NCBI GenBank assembly: GCA_017442845.1
Contig: JAFRYW010000102.1
Coordinates: 1 to 50,488 of the forward strand
DNA: 50,488 nt
Direction: 5' to 3'
Origin: Ruminococcus sp.
Lineage (GTDB): Bacteria; Bacillota; Clostridia; Oscillospirales; Ruminococcaceae
Shown here in pieces: positions 1-10,000 of this stretch. A program made the translations under genes and the position numbers. Position 1 is the stretch's first letter, and each line of letters starts with the position of its first letter. Below the pieces are notes generated by a model. It was not told the origin of the DNA. It did not search any database and saw only the letters and a program-made list of their open reading frames with translations.

Positions 1-19
1 AGAATTAAGGAAAAAACGA

Positions 20-1189
20 ATGAACTGTATAAAAAATACCAGAATAATAACAATGGACAGCTCACGCCGTGTTATAGAGCGTGGCTTTATAAAATGGCAG
101 GATGGGGTCATCACAGAGATAGGCGAGGGCGAGTGCGGCGAGGCTGACGCTTATGACGCACACGGCCTTACCCTTTACCCGGGGTTTGTTGATGCACATA
201 CACATTTGGGGCTTACCACAAACGGTGTCGGAGAGGAAAGCGATGATTTCAACGAGGAAAGCGAGCCCTGCACGCCGCATATGCATATAATAGACGGCAT
301 AAACCCCTTTGATGAGAGCTTTGGCGAGGCGATAAGGGCAGGCATAACCTCTGTCGTGGTATCGCCCGGGTCGGCAAATGCCGTTGCGGGGGATATAGCG
401 CTTATACACACCTACGGAAAAAGGGTCGATAATATGCTCATAAGGACTGTCGGCGTTAAATTCGCTATGGGCGAGAACCCCAAAATGACCTATATGAACA
501 AGGAGCAGACCCCCTATACCCGCTTGGCGATAGCTGCGCTGATCAGAGAGGCACTCTCAAAGGCAAGGCGCTATATGGAGGATAAGCAAAAGGCCGAGGC
601 CGAGGACGAGGACGCCCCCGAGTATGATGCTAAGAACGAAGCGCTCATACCGCTCCTGCAAAGGAAGGTCAAGGCACATTTTCACTGCCACAGGGCAGAT
701 GATATATTTACGGCGATAAGGATAGCTAAGGAGTTTGATCTCGACTTCGTCCTTATCCACTGCACCGACGGGCACCTTATCGCAGACGAGCTTAGAGAAG
801 AGGGCGTCTGCGCCGTGGTAGGGCCGCTGCTTTGCGATAAGTGCAAGCCCGAGCTTGCAAACCTTACCCCCGCAAATGCGGGAGTGCTGGATAAAGCGGG
901 CGTCAGCGTGTCTATCTGCACTGACCACAGCGAAACGCCTATACAGTATCTTCCCCTTACCGCTGCGATAGCTGTAAAAAACGGCCTGCCGCACGATAAG
1001 GCGATAGAGGCGATAACTGTCGACCCCGCAAGGGCGATAGGGGCAGACGACCTTATCGGCTCGCTCGAAAAGGGGAAATATGCGGATATGTCGCTTTTTG
1101 AGGGCGACCCGCTCGATATATATCAGTCACCTATGCTTGTTGTAGCAGGCGGTGAGGTGAGGTATGAAAGGAAAGAAACAAATGCGTGA
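20..1189 (+). CDS. Metal-dependent amidohydrolase (imidazolonepropionase-like)
   Basis: PGFVDAHTH metal-binding motif, TDH motif, C-terminal GSLEKGKYAD. Confidence 0.85.
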   Translation: MNCIKNTRIITMDSSRRVIERGFIKWQDGVITEIGEGECGEADAYDAHGLTLYPGFVDAHTHLGLTTNGVGEESDDFNEESEPCTPHMHIIDGINPFDESFGEAIRAGITSVVVSPGSANAVAGDIALIHTYGKRVDNMLIRTVGVKFAMGENPKMTYMNKEQTPYTRLAIAALIREALSKARRYMEDKQKAEAEDEDAPEYDAKNEALIPLLQRKVKAHFHCHRADDIFTAIRIAKEFDLDFVLIHCTDGHLIADELREEGVCAVVGPLLCDKCKPELANLTPANAGVLDKAGVSVSICTDHSETPIQYLPLTAAIAVKNGLPHDKAIEAITVDPARAIGADDLIGSLEKGKYADMSLFEGDPLDIYQSPMLVVAGGEVRYERKETNA

Positions 1190-2024
1190 AATAAATGTCA
1201 GTGAGGTCGAGAATACCATAAGAGAGCTTTGCATAAGCGCAAACCTCTATCTGCCGAAAACTCTTGAGGAGTGTATCATAAGCGGCAGAGAAAGGGAGGA
1301 GTCGCCCGTCGGCAGGAACGTTTTTGACGATCTGATCGACAATATAAACGTTGCCCGTGAGCAGACTATACCTATCTGCCAGGATACGGGTATGGCGGTC
1401 ATCTTTATGGAGGTCGGGCAGGACGTACACTTTGTCGGCGGTGATATAAACGAGGCGATAAATAACGGCGTTGCAAGGGGCTATATCGACGGCAGGCTTC
1501 GCTGCTCGGTCGTTGCCGACCCGCTCGAGAGGGTCAATACGGGTGATAACACCCCGCCTGTTGTGCACCTTAAATTTGTACCGGGCGATAGAGTGAGCAT
1601 AACCGTTGCCCCGAAGGGCTTCGGCTCTGAAAATATGTCGGCGCTAAAGATGATGACGCCGTCTGTTACACATGATGAGATAGTCGATTTTGTAGCCGAC
1701 AGCATAGCCAAGGCAGGCTCAAACCCCTGCCCGCCTATCGTGATAGGCGTAGGCATCGGCGGTGACTTTGAAAAGTGTGCCTACCTTGCAAAGAAGGCGC
1801 TGTGCCGTGATGTAACGGTAAGAAACCCTAAGCCGCTTTATGCCGGGCTCGAGCAGAAAATGCTTGAGAGGATAAATGCCCTCGGCATAGGCCCTCAGGG
1901 CTTTGGCGGAACTGTTACCTGCCTTGCAGTAAATATCGAGGAGGCGCCTACGCATATAGCGGGGCTGCCCGTAAGCGTGAACGTCGGCTGCCACGTTACA
2001 CGCCACGCAAAAAAAGTTATCTGA
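1182..2024 (+). CDS. Fe-S hydro-lyase, fumarate/tartrate dehydratase alpha subunit
   Basis: PICQDTG, KGFGSEN, NPCPP and CHVTRH motifs; start placed at MREINV. Confidence 0.9.
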   Translation: MREINVSEVENTIRELCISANLYLPKTLEECIISGREREESPVGRNVFDDLIDNINVAREQTIPICQDTGMAVIFMEVGQDVHFVGGDINEAINNGVARGYIDGRLRCSVVADPLERVNTGDNTPPVVHLKFVPGDRVSITVAPKGFGSENMSALKMMTPSVTHDEIVDFVADSIAKAGSNPCPPIVIGVGIGGDFEKCAYLAKKALCRDVTVRNPKPLYAGLEQKMLERINALGIGPQGFGGTVTCLAVNIEEAPTHIAGLPVSVNVGCHVTRHAKKVI

Positions 2025-2045
2025 CCTTCAAGGAGAAAATGCAAA

Positions 2046-2507
2046 ATGCATATGTATAGGCCGTCAAGGCTCGCTATGATATCTATATATCTTTTTGTTA
2101 TAATATTATCGCTTGCCTTGTGCTTTGCCTGCGGCTTCGGGGCGATGTTCAAGTCTGTGATATTTTGGTATGTTATGCTGTTTATCATAATACTTACATT
2201 TTTGGTGCTGCTGATAGTTGTGCCGCTCTTCTTTTCACTCAGCCGCTATTCGGTCAGCAGGAACGAGCTTATCTGCAATACGGGCGTGTTCATTTTCAAG
2301 AAGCAGTATATGAAGCTCAGCTCGGTACGCTCCTTTACGGCGATAGTTACACCGCTCAGCCGTGCTACGGGGCTCAATTTCCTTGTGATAAATTCGCTCG
2401 GCTCGCAAATGGTGTTCTGGTTTTTGAGCAAGGGCGACTTAAACGAGATAACCTCCTACCTTGATAAGGTATTGAAGCGGGAGGAGGCGGCAAATGAAAC
2501 AGCATAA
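2046..2507 (+). CDS. YdbS-like membrane protein with bacterial PH domain
   Basis: Two TM helices followed by a short soluble domain (TGVFIFKK...TPL); paired with a larger YdbT-like gene. Confidence 0.6.
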   Translation: MHMYRPSRLAMISIYLFVIILSLALCFACGFGAMFKSVIFWYVMLFIIILTFLVLLIVVPLFFSLSRYSVSRNELICNTGVFIFKKQYMKLSSVRSFTAIVTPLSRATGLNFLVINSLGSQMVFWFLSKGDLNEITSYLDKVLKREEAANETA

Positions 2508-3963
2508 GGCCATAAGGCGCATACGTGAATTTTTCCGCCACCGCCAGCACCCTGTAAAGATCGTGGGCTACACCTCAAAAACGCTTTGGCTGCTGCTCAT
2601 ACCGCTTGTTAAGTATTTGGTGGCGCTTAGATTTGATATAAGGTCGTGGCTGGTCACAAACTGGGTAGATATTTTGGCGATAAGCGCTATCTTCGCCTTT
2701 GCGTGGCTAAGGTGGGTGTTTATCTATTTTGAGATAGATGAAAAGAGCATAACTGCCCACTCGGGCTTTTTCGGGCTTGCGGCAACTAAGCTGTGCTTTA
2801 GCAGCGTAACTACCGTTTCGGTGCACCAAGGCTCGCTTCAGCGGCTTTTCGGGGCGGCGACGCTTTATATCGACACTAATGCCAAGAGCGTGTCAAAATG
2901 CGATATAATCCTGGTGCTTCCCAAAAAGAGGGCGGAGCATATACTTGCCCTTGTGTCTGACGAGAATGAAAGGGCGGTAAAATATACTGTCGAGAGCAAG
3001 AAAAGAAGCCAGCTCGCCTTCTCGCTGTTTTTCTCATCTACCCTTTCGGGGGTTATCATTTTCGCAGGTCTTATGTTCGAGGCTTCGAGGATAGTTGACA
3101 GAAATATCGAGATAAGGCTTTTAAACACCGCCGCAGGCGAGATCTCAAAATATACAAGGTCTATCCCGTATGTGATAGTGGTGACGGCGCTTATCATAAT
3201 AGGCGGCTGGCTGCTTTCGTTTTTTGCAAACCTTATGCGTTACTGGCATTTTTCCGTTACAAGGCACGGCAGGCGGCTGATCGTCAGAAGCGGTATCTGG
3301 ACGGTAAGGCATGATGTAATGCATAGGGACAGGATAATTTACTACGACATGACCCGCTCGCTGCTTATGAAGATCTTCAAGATCTGCACTGTAAATGTAA
3401 GCTGTACGGGCTACGGCAAAAGACGAAGCGAGATACCCACTATCGCCCCTATCGCAACGGATAAGGAGATAGATAAGACCCTCTCTATCCTTATACCGAG
3501 CCTTACCTGCCCGAAGGCTATGCTTACCACGGGCAAGCGTGAGCTTTGGCGGTTCATATGTATCCCGGTATTCATCTCGCTCTTTGTTCCGGTGTTAAGG
3601 CAGGTGTTTGTATTCATCTTTCCCCGCTGGGTCGATGAGATAAATATAATCTCATTCATAGCGTCTGTTCCCTGTGTGTGGCTCGTGATCGTTAAGGCTG
3701 TTGCGGCGTTCAATACGGGGGTCGGCTTCAACGAGAGCTGCTGCGTGTTCGATTACTGCCGCTTTTACGGCTTTCACAGGGTGGTAGTAAATAGGGAAAA
3801 GATAACAAGGGTAGCTATACTTCAGACCTGGGCACAGCAAAAGGCGGGCTATTGCTCGATACAGATATGCACCGAGAATGAAAAGCATAAAAAGCATATG
3901 ATAAAGCATCTGCCCGTAGATGCGGCTATGAGCATTTTAAGATCTAACGGGCTTGCAGTATAG
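2494..3963 (+). CDS. YdbT-like membrane protein with repeated bacterial PH domains
   Basis: Three TM-pair plus soluble-domain repeats (SGFFG, QRLFGAATLYIDT, SGIW); overlaps the upstream gene. Confidence 0.65.
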   Translation: MKQHKAIRRIREFFRHRQHPVKIVGYTSKTLWLLLIPLVKYLVALRFDIRSWLVTNWVDILAISAIFAFAWLRWVFIYFEIDEKSITAHSGFFGLAATKLCFSSVTTVSVHQGSLQRLFGAATLYIDTNAKSVSKCDIILVLPKKRAEHILALVSDENERAVKYTVESKKRSQLAFSLFFSSTLSGVIIFAGLMFEASRIVDRNIEIRLLNTAAGEISKYTRSIPYVIVVTALIIIGGWLLSFFANLMRYWHFSVTRHGRRLIVRSGIWTVRHDVMHRDRIIYYDMTRSLLMKIFKICTVNVSCTGYGKRRSEIPTIAPIATDKEIDKTLSILIPSLTCPKAMLTTGKRELWRFICIPVFISLFVPVLRQVFVFIFPRWVDEINIISFIASVPCVWLVIVKAVAAFNTGVGFNESCCVFDYCRFYGFHRVVVNREKITRVAILQTWAQQKAGYCSIQICTENEKHKKHMIKHLPVDAAMSILRSNGLAV

Positions 3964-3994
3964 ATACAGTTATATTTTAGACATTTGAGGAGAG

Positions 3995-4984
3995 GTGATG
4001 GTATTGAGAACTACCGAACGTGTGCTGGAGCTGCTTGAGCAGCACAGAGGAAGGGCGGTCTCGGGCGAGGAGCTTGCGGGAAAGCTCGGCGTGTCAAGAA
4101 ACGCTGTCTGGAAAGCGATCGAGGAGCTTAGGCGGGGCGGCGTCAAGATCTATGCAAAGACCAAAAAGGGGTATTTCCTTCCCGAGTCGGATATGAGCCT
4201 TTCAAAGGAGGGCATAACCGCCCTGCTTGGTGAAACGCCTCTCACTATTGATGTAAGGGGCACAGTTACCTCGACAAACGACCTTTTAAAGCAGCTTGCA
4301 CTAAACGGCGCCCCCGAGGGCTATGCACTTATCGCCCGTGAGCAGACCGCCGGCAAGGGCAGGCTCGGCAGAAGCTTCTATTCGCCGGAGGGGAGCGGGG
4401 TATATATATCCCTCCTTCTTCGCCCAAGACTTGGGGCGGAGGATTCGCTCTTTATCACCACCTCGGCGGCAGTCGCTGTCTGCAAGGCGATAGAGACTGT
4501 CTCAAACGGAAAGCTCAAGCCGATGATAAAGTGGGTCAACGATATATTCGTAAACCAAAAAAAGGTCTGCGGTATACTTACCGAGGCCTCTGTAAGCTTT
4601 GAGAGCGGAATGCTCGATCACGCTATCTTGGGAATAGGCATAAATATCACCACCCCCGAGGGCGACTTCCCCGAGGAGATAAAGGGCATAGCGACCTCGC
4701 TTTTCGGGCAGATCGAGCAGGATAATATAAGAAACCGCCTTACAGCCGAGGTGCTTAAGGAGCTTGAAGGGCTGATAAGCGACCCCTCCGATAAGGCGTA
4801 TCTTGAAGAGTATAAAAAGCGCCAGCTGCTTATCGACAGAGATGTGAACGTGATAAAAAACGACAGCAAGACCCCCGCACGTGCCCTGGGGATAGACGAT
4901 AGGGCAAGGCTGCTAGTGCGCTATGCCGACGGCAGCAGGGAGGCGCTCATAAGCGGCGAGGTAAGCGTAAAGCCGCTCGCTTAG
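3995..4984 (+). CDS. birA: Bifunctional biotin--protein ligase/repressor
   Basis: N-terminal HTH (SGEELAGKLGVSRNAVWK), QTAGKGRLGR, KWVND, KKVCGILTE. Confidence 0.95.
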   Translation: MMVLRTTERVLELLEQHRGRAVSGEELAGKLGVSRNAVWKAIEELRRGGVKIYAKTKKGYFLPESDMSLSKEGITALLGETPLTIDVRGTVTSTNDLLKQLALNGAPEGYALIAREQTAGKGRLGRSFYSPEGSGVYISLLLRPRLGAEDSLFITTSAAVAVCKAIETVSNGKLKPMIKWVNDIFVNQKKVCGILTEASVSFESGMLDHAILGIGINITTPEGDFPEEIKGIATSLFGQIEQDNIRNRLTAEVLKELEGLISDPSDKAYLEEYKKRQLLIDRDVNVIKNDSKTPARALGIDDRARLLVRYADGSREALISGEVSVKPLA

Positions 4985-5253
4985 GAGGGCATAGAACCCG
5001 AAACGGCACTGTAGTAGGCAGAAAGGATCTTCTGCTCGATAGCCGCCCTTGCCCCGAAGGAGATAGGGTGGGCTATATCACGGTAAGCCCCGCTCTCGTC
5101 ACGGCGTGAGGGCATGGCGACAAACAGGCGGCCGGTGCCCTCGATCACCTTTATGTCGTGTATGGCTATCTCGTTGTCGAGCGTTACGCTCACTATCGCC
5201 CGCAGCCGCCCCTCGGGGATAAGCTTGCGTATCTTTATATCGGTTATTGTCAT
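4981..5253 (-). CDS. spoVG: SpoVG family protein
   Basis: MTITDIKIRK...IHDIKVIEG...LFVAMPSR...YRDIAHPI. Confidence 0.92.
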   Translation of the reverse strand: MTITDIKIRKLIPEGRLRAIVSVTLDNEIAIHDIKVIEGTGRLFVAMPSRRDESGAYRDIAHPISFGARAAIEQKILSAYYSAVSGSMPS

Positions 5254-5402
5254 TATTTTCCGCCCTTTCTTAAAATGTATAATTTAATTGTGGGCAATAA
5301 GGCTTTTTTTATTCAAAATTGGACTTTATTTTTTGGGGATAATAGTGTATAATAGATATAATAGAGCTAAAAAATGCATCGGAAAAGAGGCAATGATCAC
5401 TA

Positions 5403-6824
5403 ATGGTAGATAAGAATATTTTAAACGGAAAAAAGCATATACACATGATCGGAATCGGCGGCTCGGGTATGTACCCGCTCGCACAGATACTCCATTCGCA
5501 GGGGTATTACCTCTCGGGCTCTGATAATAATGAGACGGAAACGCTTGACGCTGTAAGGAAAATGGGCGTTAAGGTATATATGGGGCAGGCGGCAGAGAAT
5601 ATCGAGGGGGCCGATCTTATCGTTTATTCCGCAGCTATTATGGCTGATAACCCCGAGCTTGTCGCTGCAAAGGCGAGCGGCGCTGATGTTATCGAGCGCT
5701 CGGATCTGCTGGGTATCGTTACGGGCTGGTACGATAATGCTATCTGTATATCGGGCACCCACGGCAAGACGACTGCTTCGAGCATGACTACCCAGATACT
5801 CCTGGAGGAGGGAGTAGACCTTTCCTGCGTTATCGGCGGAAAGCTAAAGGCAGTAGGCGGCTCGGGCAGGGCGGGCAAGAGCGATATAATGGTCTGCGAA
5901 TCCTGCGAGTTTGTAGATACATTTTTAAAGCTTTCGCCTGATATTGCCGTTATACTCAATGTCGATGCTGACCACCTTGACTATTTCGGCACGCTTGAAA
6001 ATATAATCAAGAGCTTTCATAGGTTTGCATCAATGGCATCAAAGTGCCTTGTTGTAAACGGCGATGATGCAAATACCCTAAAGGCTATCGAGGGGCTCGA
6101 TAAGCGTGTAGTCACCTTCGGCTTTGATATAAGTAACGATTACAGCGCTAAGATCATTTCAAAGAAGGGGCTTAGGACTGATTTTGAGCTTTATATAAAG
6201 GGCGAGAAGCAGGGAGATTATTCTATCTTCGTTCCCGGCGAGCATAATGTGCTAAATGCCCTGGCATCTATCGCAGCTGTAAGAGAGGTCGGCGTTTCCT
6301 TTGAGGGGATAAGAAAGGGGCTTGCAGAGTTCAGGGGCGCTATGAGGCGCTTTGAAAAGATCGACGAGGTAAGGGGTATCACGATAGTTGATGACTATGC
6401 CCACCACCCGAGCGAGCTCTCGGCGACCTTAAGGGCTGCAAAGGGGCTTGATTTTAAGCGTGTCATCGCAGTCTTCCAGCCCTTCACATATTCCAGAACA
6501 GAGATACTTATGGACGATTTTGTAACGGCTCTGAGCATAGCAGACCTTTGCGTGCTTACCGATATTTTCGGCAGCCGTGAAAAGAATACACACCATATCT
6601 ATACCGAAATGCTCGGCGATAAGATCGAGGGCTGCGTTTATTTCAAGACCCCTCACGAGGTCGTTGATATGCAGACGGCCGAGCAGAAGGATAAGAACTT
6701 CGGGCAGGTAATAGATTATCTGTATGAAAATGCAAGGGAGGGCGACCTTATAATGACCCTCGGCTGCGGCGATGCCTACAAGATAGCAAAGCGCCTTGCA
6801 AGAAAGCTTAGAGATGACGCCTGA
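5403..6824 (+). CDS. murC: UDP-N-acetylmuramate--L-alanine ligase
   Basis: IGIGGSGM, GTHGKTT, DHLD, DDYAHHP. Confidence 0.95.
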   Translation: MVDKNILNGKKHIHMIGIGGSGMYPLAQILHSQGYYLSGSDNNETETLDAVRKMGVKVYMGQAAENIEGADLIVYSAAIMADNPELVAAKASGADVIERSDLLGIVTGWYDNAICISGTHGKTTASSMTTQILLEEGVDLSCVIGGKLKAVGGSGRAGKSDIMVCESCEFVDTFLKLSPDIAVILNVDADHLDYFGTLENIIKSFHRFASMASKCLVVNGDDANTLKAIEGLDKRVVTFGFDISNDYSAKIISKKGLRTDFELYIKGEKQGDYSIFVPGEHNVLNALASIAAVREVGVSFEGIRKGLAEFRGAMRRFEKIDEVRGITIVDDYAHHPSELSATLRAAKGLDFKRVIAVFQPFTYSRTEILMDDFVTALSIADLCVLTDIFGSREKNTHHIYTEMLGDKIEGCVYFKTPHEVVDMQTAEQKDKNFGQVIDYLYENAREGDLIMTLGCGDAYKIAKRLARKLRDDA

Positions 6825-6841
6825 CAGAAAGGAAGGATAAT

Positions 6842-7432
6842 ATGAGAGTAACGGAGAAAGAGCGCAAGGTTTTCAATTTTATCAAGAATTATGTTGACGA
6901 GCATAACTACGCCCCTACCGTTAGGGAAATACAGGAGGAGTTCGGCTTAAAATCCACCTCCACAGCCCATAGATATATCATAACCCTTTCGAGAAAGGGC
7001 CTTCTCGAGCGTGAGTCAAACTGCAACCGTGCTATAAGGATAGCAGGCTATAAGTCGAGCACCACAGTTCCCGTTGTAGGCACGGTGACAGCAGGCAAGC
7101 CGATAACCGCTATCGAGGATATCGAAAGCTATATGACGATGAGCTTTGATAAGAAATTCTCAGGGCAGCTCTTTGCACTCAAGGTAAGGGGCGAGAGTAT
7201 GATAGGTATAGGCATCTTCGACGGCGACACGGTCATAGTTGAGCAGACTGAGGTCGCCTCAAACGGCGATATTGTCGTAGCACTTGTAAATAATGAGGAA
7301 GCGACAGTCAAGACCTTCTACAAGGAGGACGGCCACTACAGACTTCAGCCCGAGAACGATACTATGGAGCCTATCATTGTTGACGAGGTCAAGATCTTAG
7401 GCAGGGTCGTTGCTCTTATGAGATACTTTTAA
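6842..7432 (+). CDS. lexA: LexA SOS repressor
   Basis: PTVREI HTH, Ala-Gly cleavage site (VTAGKP), GESM catalytic Ser, ATVK catalytic Lys. Confidence 0.93.
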   Translation: MRVTEKERKVFNFIKNYVDEHNYAPTVREIQEEFGLKSTSTAHRYIITLSRKGLLERESNCNRAIRIAGYKSSTTVPVVGTVTAGKPITAIEDIESYMTMSFDKKFSGQLFALKVRGESMIGIGIFDGDTVIVEQTEVASNGDIVVALVNNEEATVKTFYKEDGHYRLQPENDTMEPIIVDEVKILGRVVALMRYF

Positions 7433-7473
7433 GAAGAAAAGGATCTGTAAGCTTTAACTTTGAATGAGGGGCG

Positions 7474-8118
7474 GTGTGCTTTTCAATGGCGAATAAATGC
7501 TTAAGCTGCGGTGCTATATTGCCCGAGGGGGCAAAGCTTTGCACAAACTGCGGAAAAATAGTTCCTAAAAAAACACGGCAGTACTATGATGCGGCACCGC
7601 AGAGAAGGGCTGTGCCCGATGTGCAGACGCAGTCAAGGGTGTATTCCCATAAGCCGACAACTACGGCTGTAATGGATATTGTGGAGCAGGCTCCTGTAAG
7701 GCACGAGCAGCCGCAAAAGCTGCACACAGGCTCAAAAAAGAAGAGCAAGGCTAAGAAAAAGCCCGGCAAGGCAAGGCTTGTCATAGCCTTTGCAGTGCTT
7801 GCGATAGTGCTGATGCTCTTGCTTTATATGCTTGTGTATATGCTTAAGGTAGGCGAGGCGAAGGCAGTTACCTACACCTCGGATACTGCGGCGAAAATGA
7901 GCTACTCGACCTTTGGCGAGGCGTCGGAGAATTTCTTTGACAAGGCACAGTGGAGCTACCATATCCTTTCCGGTGAGGTAACTGTCGAGGGCAAGAACAA
8001 GGGCACATATTATAAGTATGTGTTTGAGGACGGCAAGGTGTCGTACATAATCGTCGGCGAGGAGAAGCTTACCGACCAAAGAGAGATAGATATACTTATC
8101 CAGCGAATGTTTATATGA
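7474..8118 (+). CDS. Zinc-ribbon domain membrane protein
   Basis: CLSCG...CTNCG, Lys-rich stretch, single TM helix; start could be 7486. Confidence 0.65.
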   Translation: MCFSMANKCLSCGAILPEGAKLCTNCGKIVPKKTRQYYDAAPQRRAVPDVQTQSRVYSHKPTTTAVMDIVEQAPVRHEQPQKLHTGSKKKSKAKKKPGKARLVIAFAVLAIVLMLLLYMLVYMLKVGEAKAVTYTSDTAAKMSYSTFGEASENFFDKAQWSYHILSGEVTVEGKNKGTYYKYVFEDGKVSYIIVGEEKLTDQREIDILIQRMFI

Positions 8119-8178
8119 TAGGTCTTCCCCGTCTTTTGGCGGGGAAAGCGGTTTAAGGAAGTTATAGAAAGGCAGTAT

Positions 8179-9744
8179 ATGAAGCGCAGAAAGGAATTTG
8201 AGCCAAAAAAGCTATTAAATGCGGTTTTTTCCCAAAAGTTCATAGTGGTATCGCTTCTGCTTTTGCAGATAGCATTTCTTATCTTTGCACTGATCTCACT
8301 TGCGGGGCAGTTTGTGTTTATCTACTACATTTTCCTGTTTGTTGAGGTCGTAGTTGTGATGTATGTCATAAACTCGAATGAGAACCCCGCATATAAGCTT
8401 GCGTGGATAATGCCGATACTTATATTCCCCGTATTCGGGGCGATAGCGTTTTTGTACCTTAAATTCCAGAGCAGCTACAGGTATGAAAAAAACCTTTCCA
8501 TAAAAAAGATCGAGAATACAAAGCCCTACCTAAAGCAAAAGGCGGCAGTCATAAAGGCGCTTGAGGAGAAAAGCAGCAGCGTTTCAAACCTTGCACACTA
8601 TATGAGGGTCTACGGCGGCTACCCGATATATCAGAATACCGAGGTAACATATTTCAAGCTCGGCGAGGAAAAGTTTGCGGCTATGGTGGAGGAGCTTGAA
8701 AAGGCGCAGCACTTTATCTTTATGGAGTATTTTATCATAGATAAGGGCTATATGTGGGATACCATTCACGAGATACTCGTCAAAAAGGCAAGGGCGGGCG
8801 TTGAGGTAAGGCTTATGTATGACGGCATGGGCACCCAGTCAGAGCTGCCCTACAGGTATGACAAAAAGCTTCGTGAGGAGGGGATAGACTGCAAGGTATT
8901 TAACCCCTTCGTGCCGCTTGTTACTACTATACAAAATAACCGTGACCACAGAAAGATACTTGTTATCGACGGGCACACGGGCTTTACGGGTGGTGTGAAC
9001 ATCGCCGATGAGTATATAAACAAAAAAGAGCGCTTCGGCCATTGGAAGGACACCGCCATAATGCTCAAGGGCGAGGGCGTTTGGAACCTGACGATGATGT
9101 TTTTCCAGCTTTGGGAGATCACGGGCGAGCAGTCTGTCGCACAGTATGACAAGTACCGCCCGAACGCCTTTGAAAGGCTTGATACCCGTGACGACAGCTT
9201 TGTGCTGCCGTTTTCTGATTCGCCGCTTGATGATGAGAACGTGGGCGAGCTTGTGTATATGAACATAATAAACAGCGCCCGTGATTACGTGTATATCACG
9301 ACCCCCTACCTTATACCCGACAACGAGATGATGACCGCCCTATGCTACGCTGCGAAGAGCGGGGTAGATGTCAGGATAATCGTTCCGGGGATACCGGATA
9401 AATGGTATATCAGATTGATAGGCCAGTCCTTTTACAAAAACCTTATCGCCAAGGGCGTTAAGATCTATGAGTACAAGGAGGGCTTTATCCACGCTAAAAA
9501 TTTCCTTTCCGATGACAACAGGGCGGTGGTCGGCACGATAAACCTTGACTACAGAAGCCTTTATCTTCATTTTGAATGTGCAGCATTTATGTACGGCAGC
9601 GAATGTATCGCCGATATAAAGGCGGATTTTGAGGATATGTTTGAAAACCACTGCCACAGGGTGACGTATGAGGAGTGCGCCTCCCGCCCGATAGTACAGC
9701 GAATGCTAAGCGCCATACTCGGCCTGTTCGCCCCGCTGCTGTGA
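8179..9744 (+). CDS. cls: Cardiolipin synthase
   Basis: Two HKD motifs (HRKILVID, HAKNFLSD) and N-terminal TM helices. Confidence 0.93.
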   Translation: MKRRKEFEPKKLLNAVFSQKFIVVSLLLLQIAFLIFALISLAGQFVFIYYIFLFVEVVVVMYVINSNENPAYKLAWIMPILIFPVFGAIAFLYLKFQSSYRYEKNLSIKKIENTKPYLKQKAAVIKALEEKSSSVSNLAHYMRVYGGYPIYQNTEVTYFKLGEEKFAAMVEELEKAQHFIFMEYFIIDKGYMWDTIHEILVKKARAGVEVRLMYDGMGTQSELPYRYDKKLREEGIDCKVFNPFVPLVTTIQNNRDHRKILVIDGHTGFTGGVNIADEYINKKERFGHWKDTAIMLKGEGVWNLTMMFFQLWEITGEQSVAQYDKYRPNAFERLDTRDDSFVLPFSDSPLDDENVGELVYMNIINSARDYVYITTPYLIPDNEMMTALCYAAKSGVDVRIIVPGIPDKWYIRLIGQSFYKNLIAKGVKIYEYKEGFIHAKNFLSDDNRAVVGTINLDYRSLYLHFECAAFMYGSECIADIKADFEDMFENHCHRVTYEECASRPIVQRMLSAILGLFAPLL

Positions 9745-9945
9745 TAAATTGGAATTTACCATTCAATGCACAATGAAGGTATCGCCTTCGGCGATATTAT
9801 GGCCATTCGGCCGTTCATCCTAACGATATTCCCTAAAATAAGCGATTTCGCTCCCCTAACAAGCCCGAATGGGCATCTGTGCGGCGAAGCCGCACACCTC
9901 AATTGTGCATTGTGCATTGTGCATTGAGATAAATTCCAATTTATC
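9743..9945. repeat. Element A: inverted-repeat-bounded non-coding element with TGTGCAT heptamer arrays
   Basis: Perfect 16-bp inverted ends GATAAATTGGAATTTA (9743-9758) / TAAATTCCAATTTATC (9930-9945); core gcccgaatgggc...ggcgaagcc shared with elements B and C. Confidence 0.85.
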
Positions 9946-10000
9946 GCAGCCGCCTTTATAATCGTGCGGGGTATAAAACCAAAAGCAAGGAGACCTGATC

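Noticed and set aside
5314-5330. AAAATTGGACTTTAT resembling the element end
   Set aside because: A single weak match in an AT-rich divergent promoter region, with no partner.
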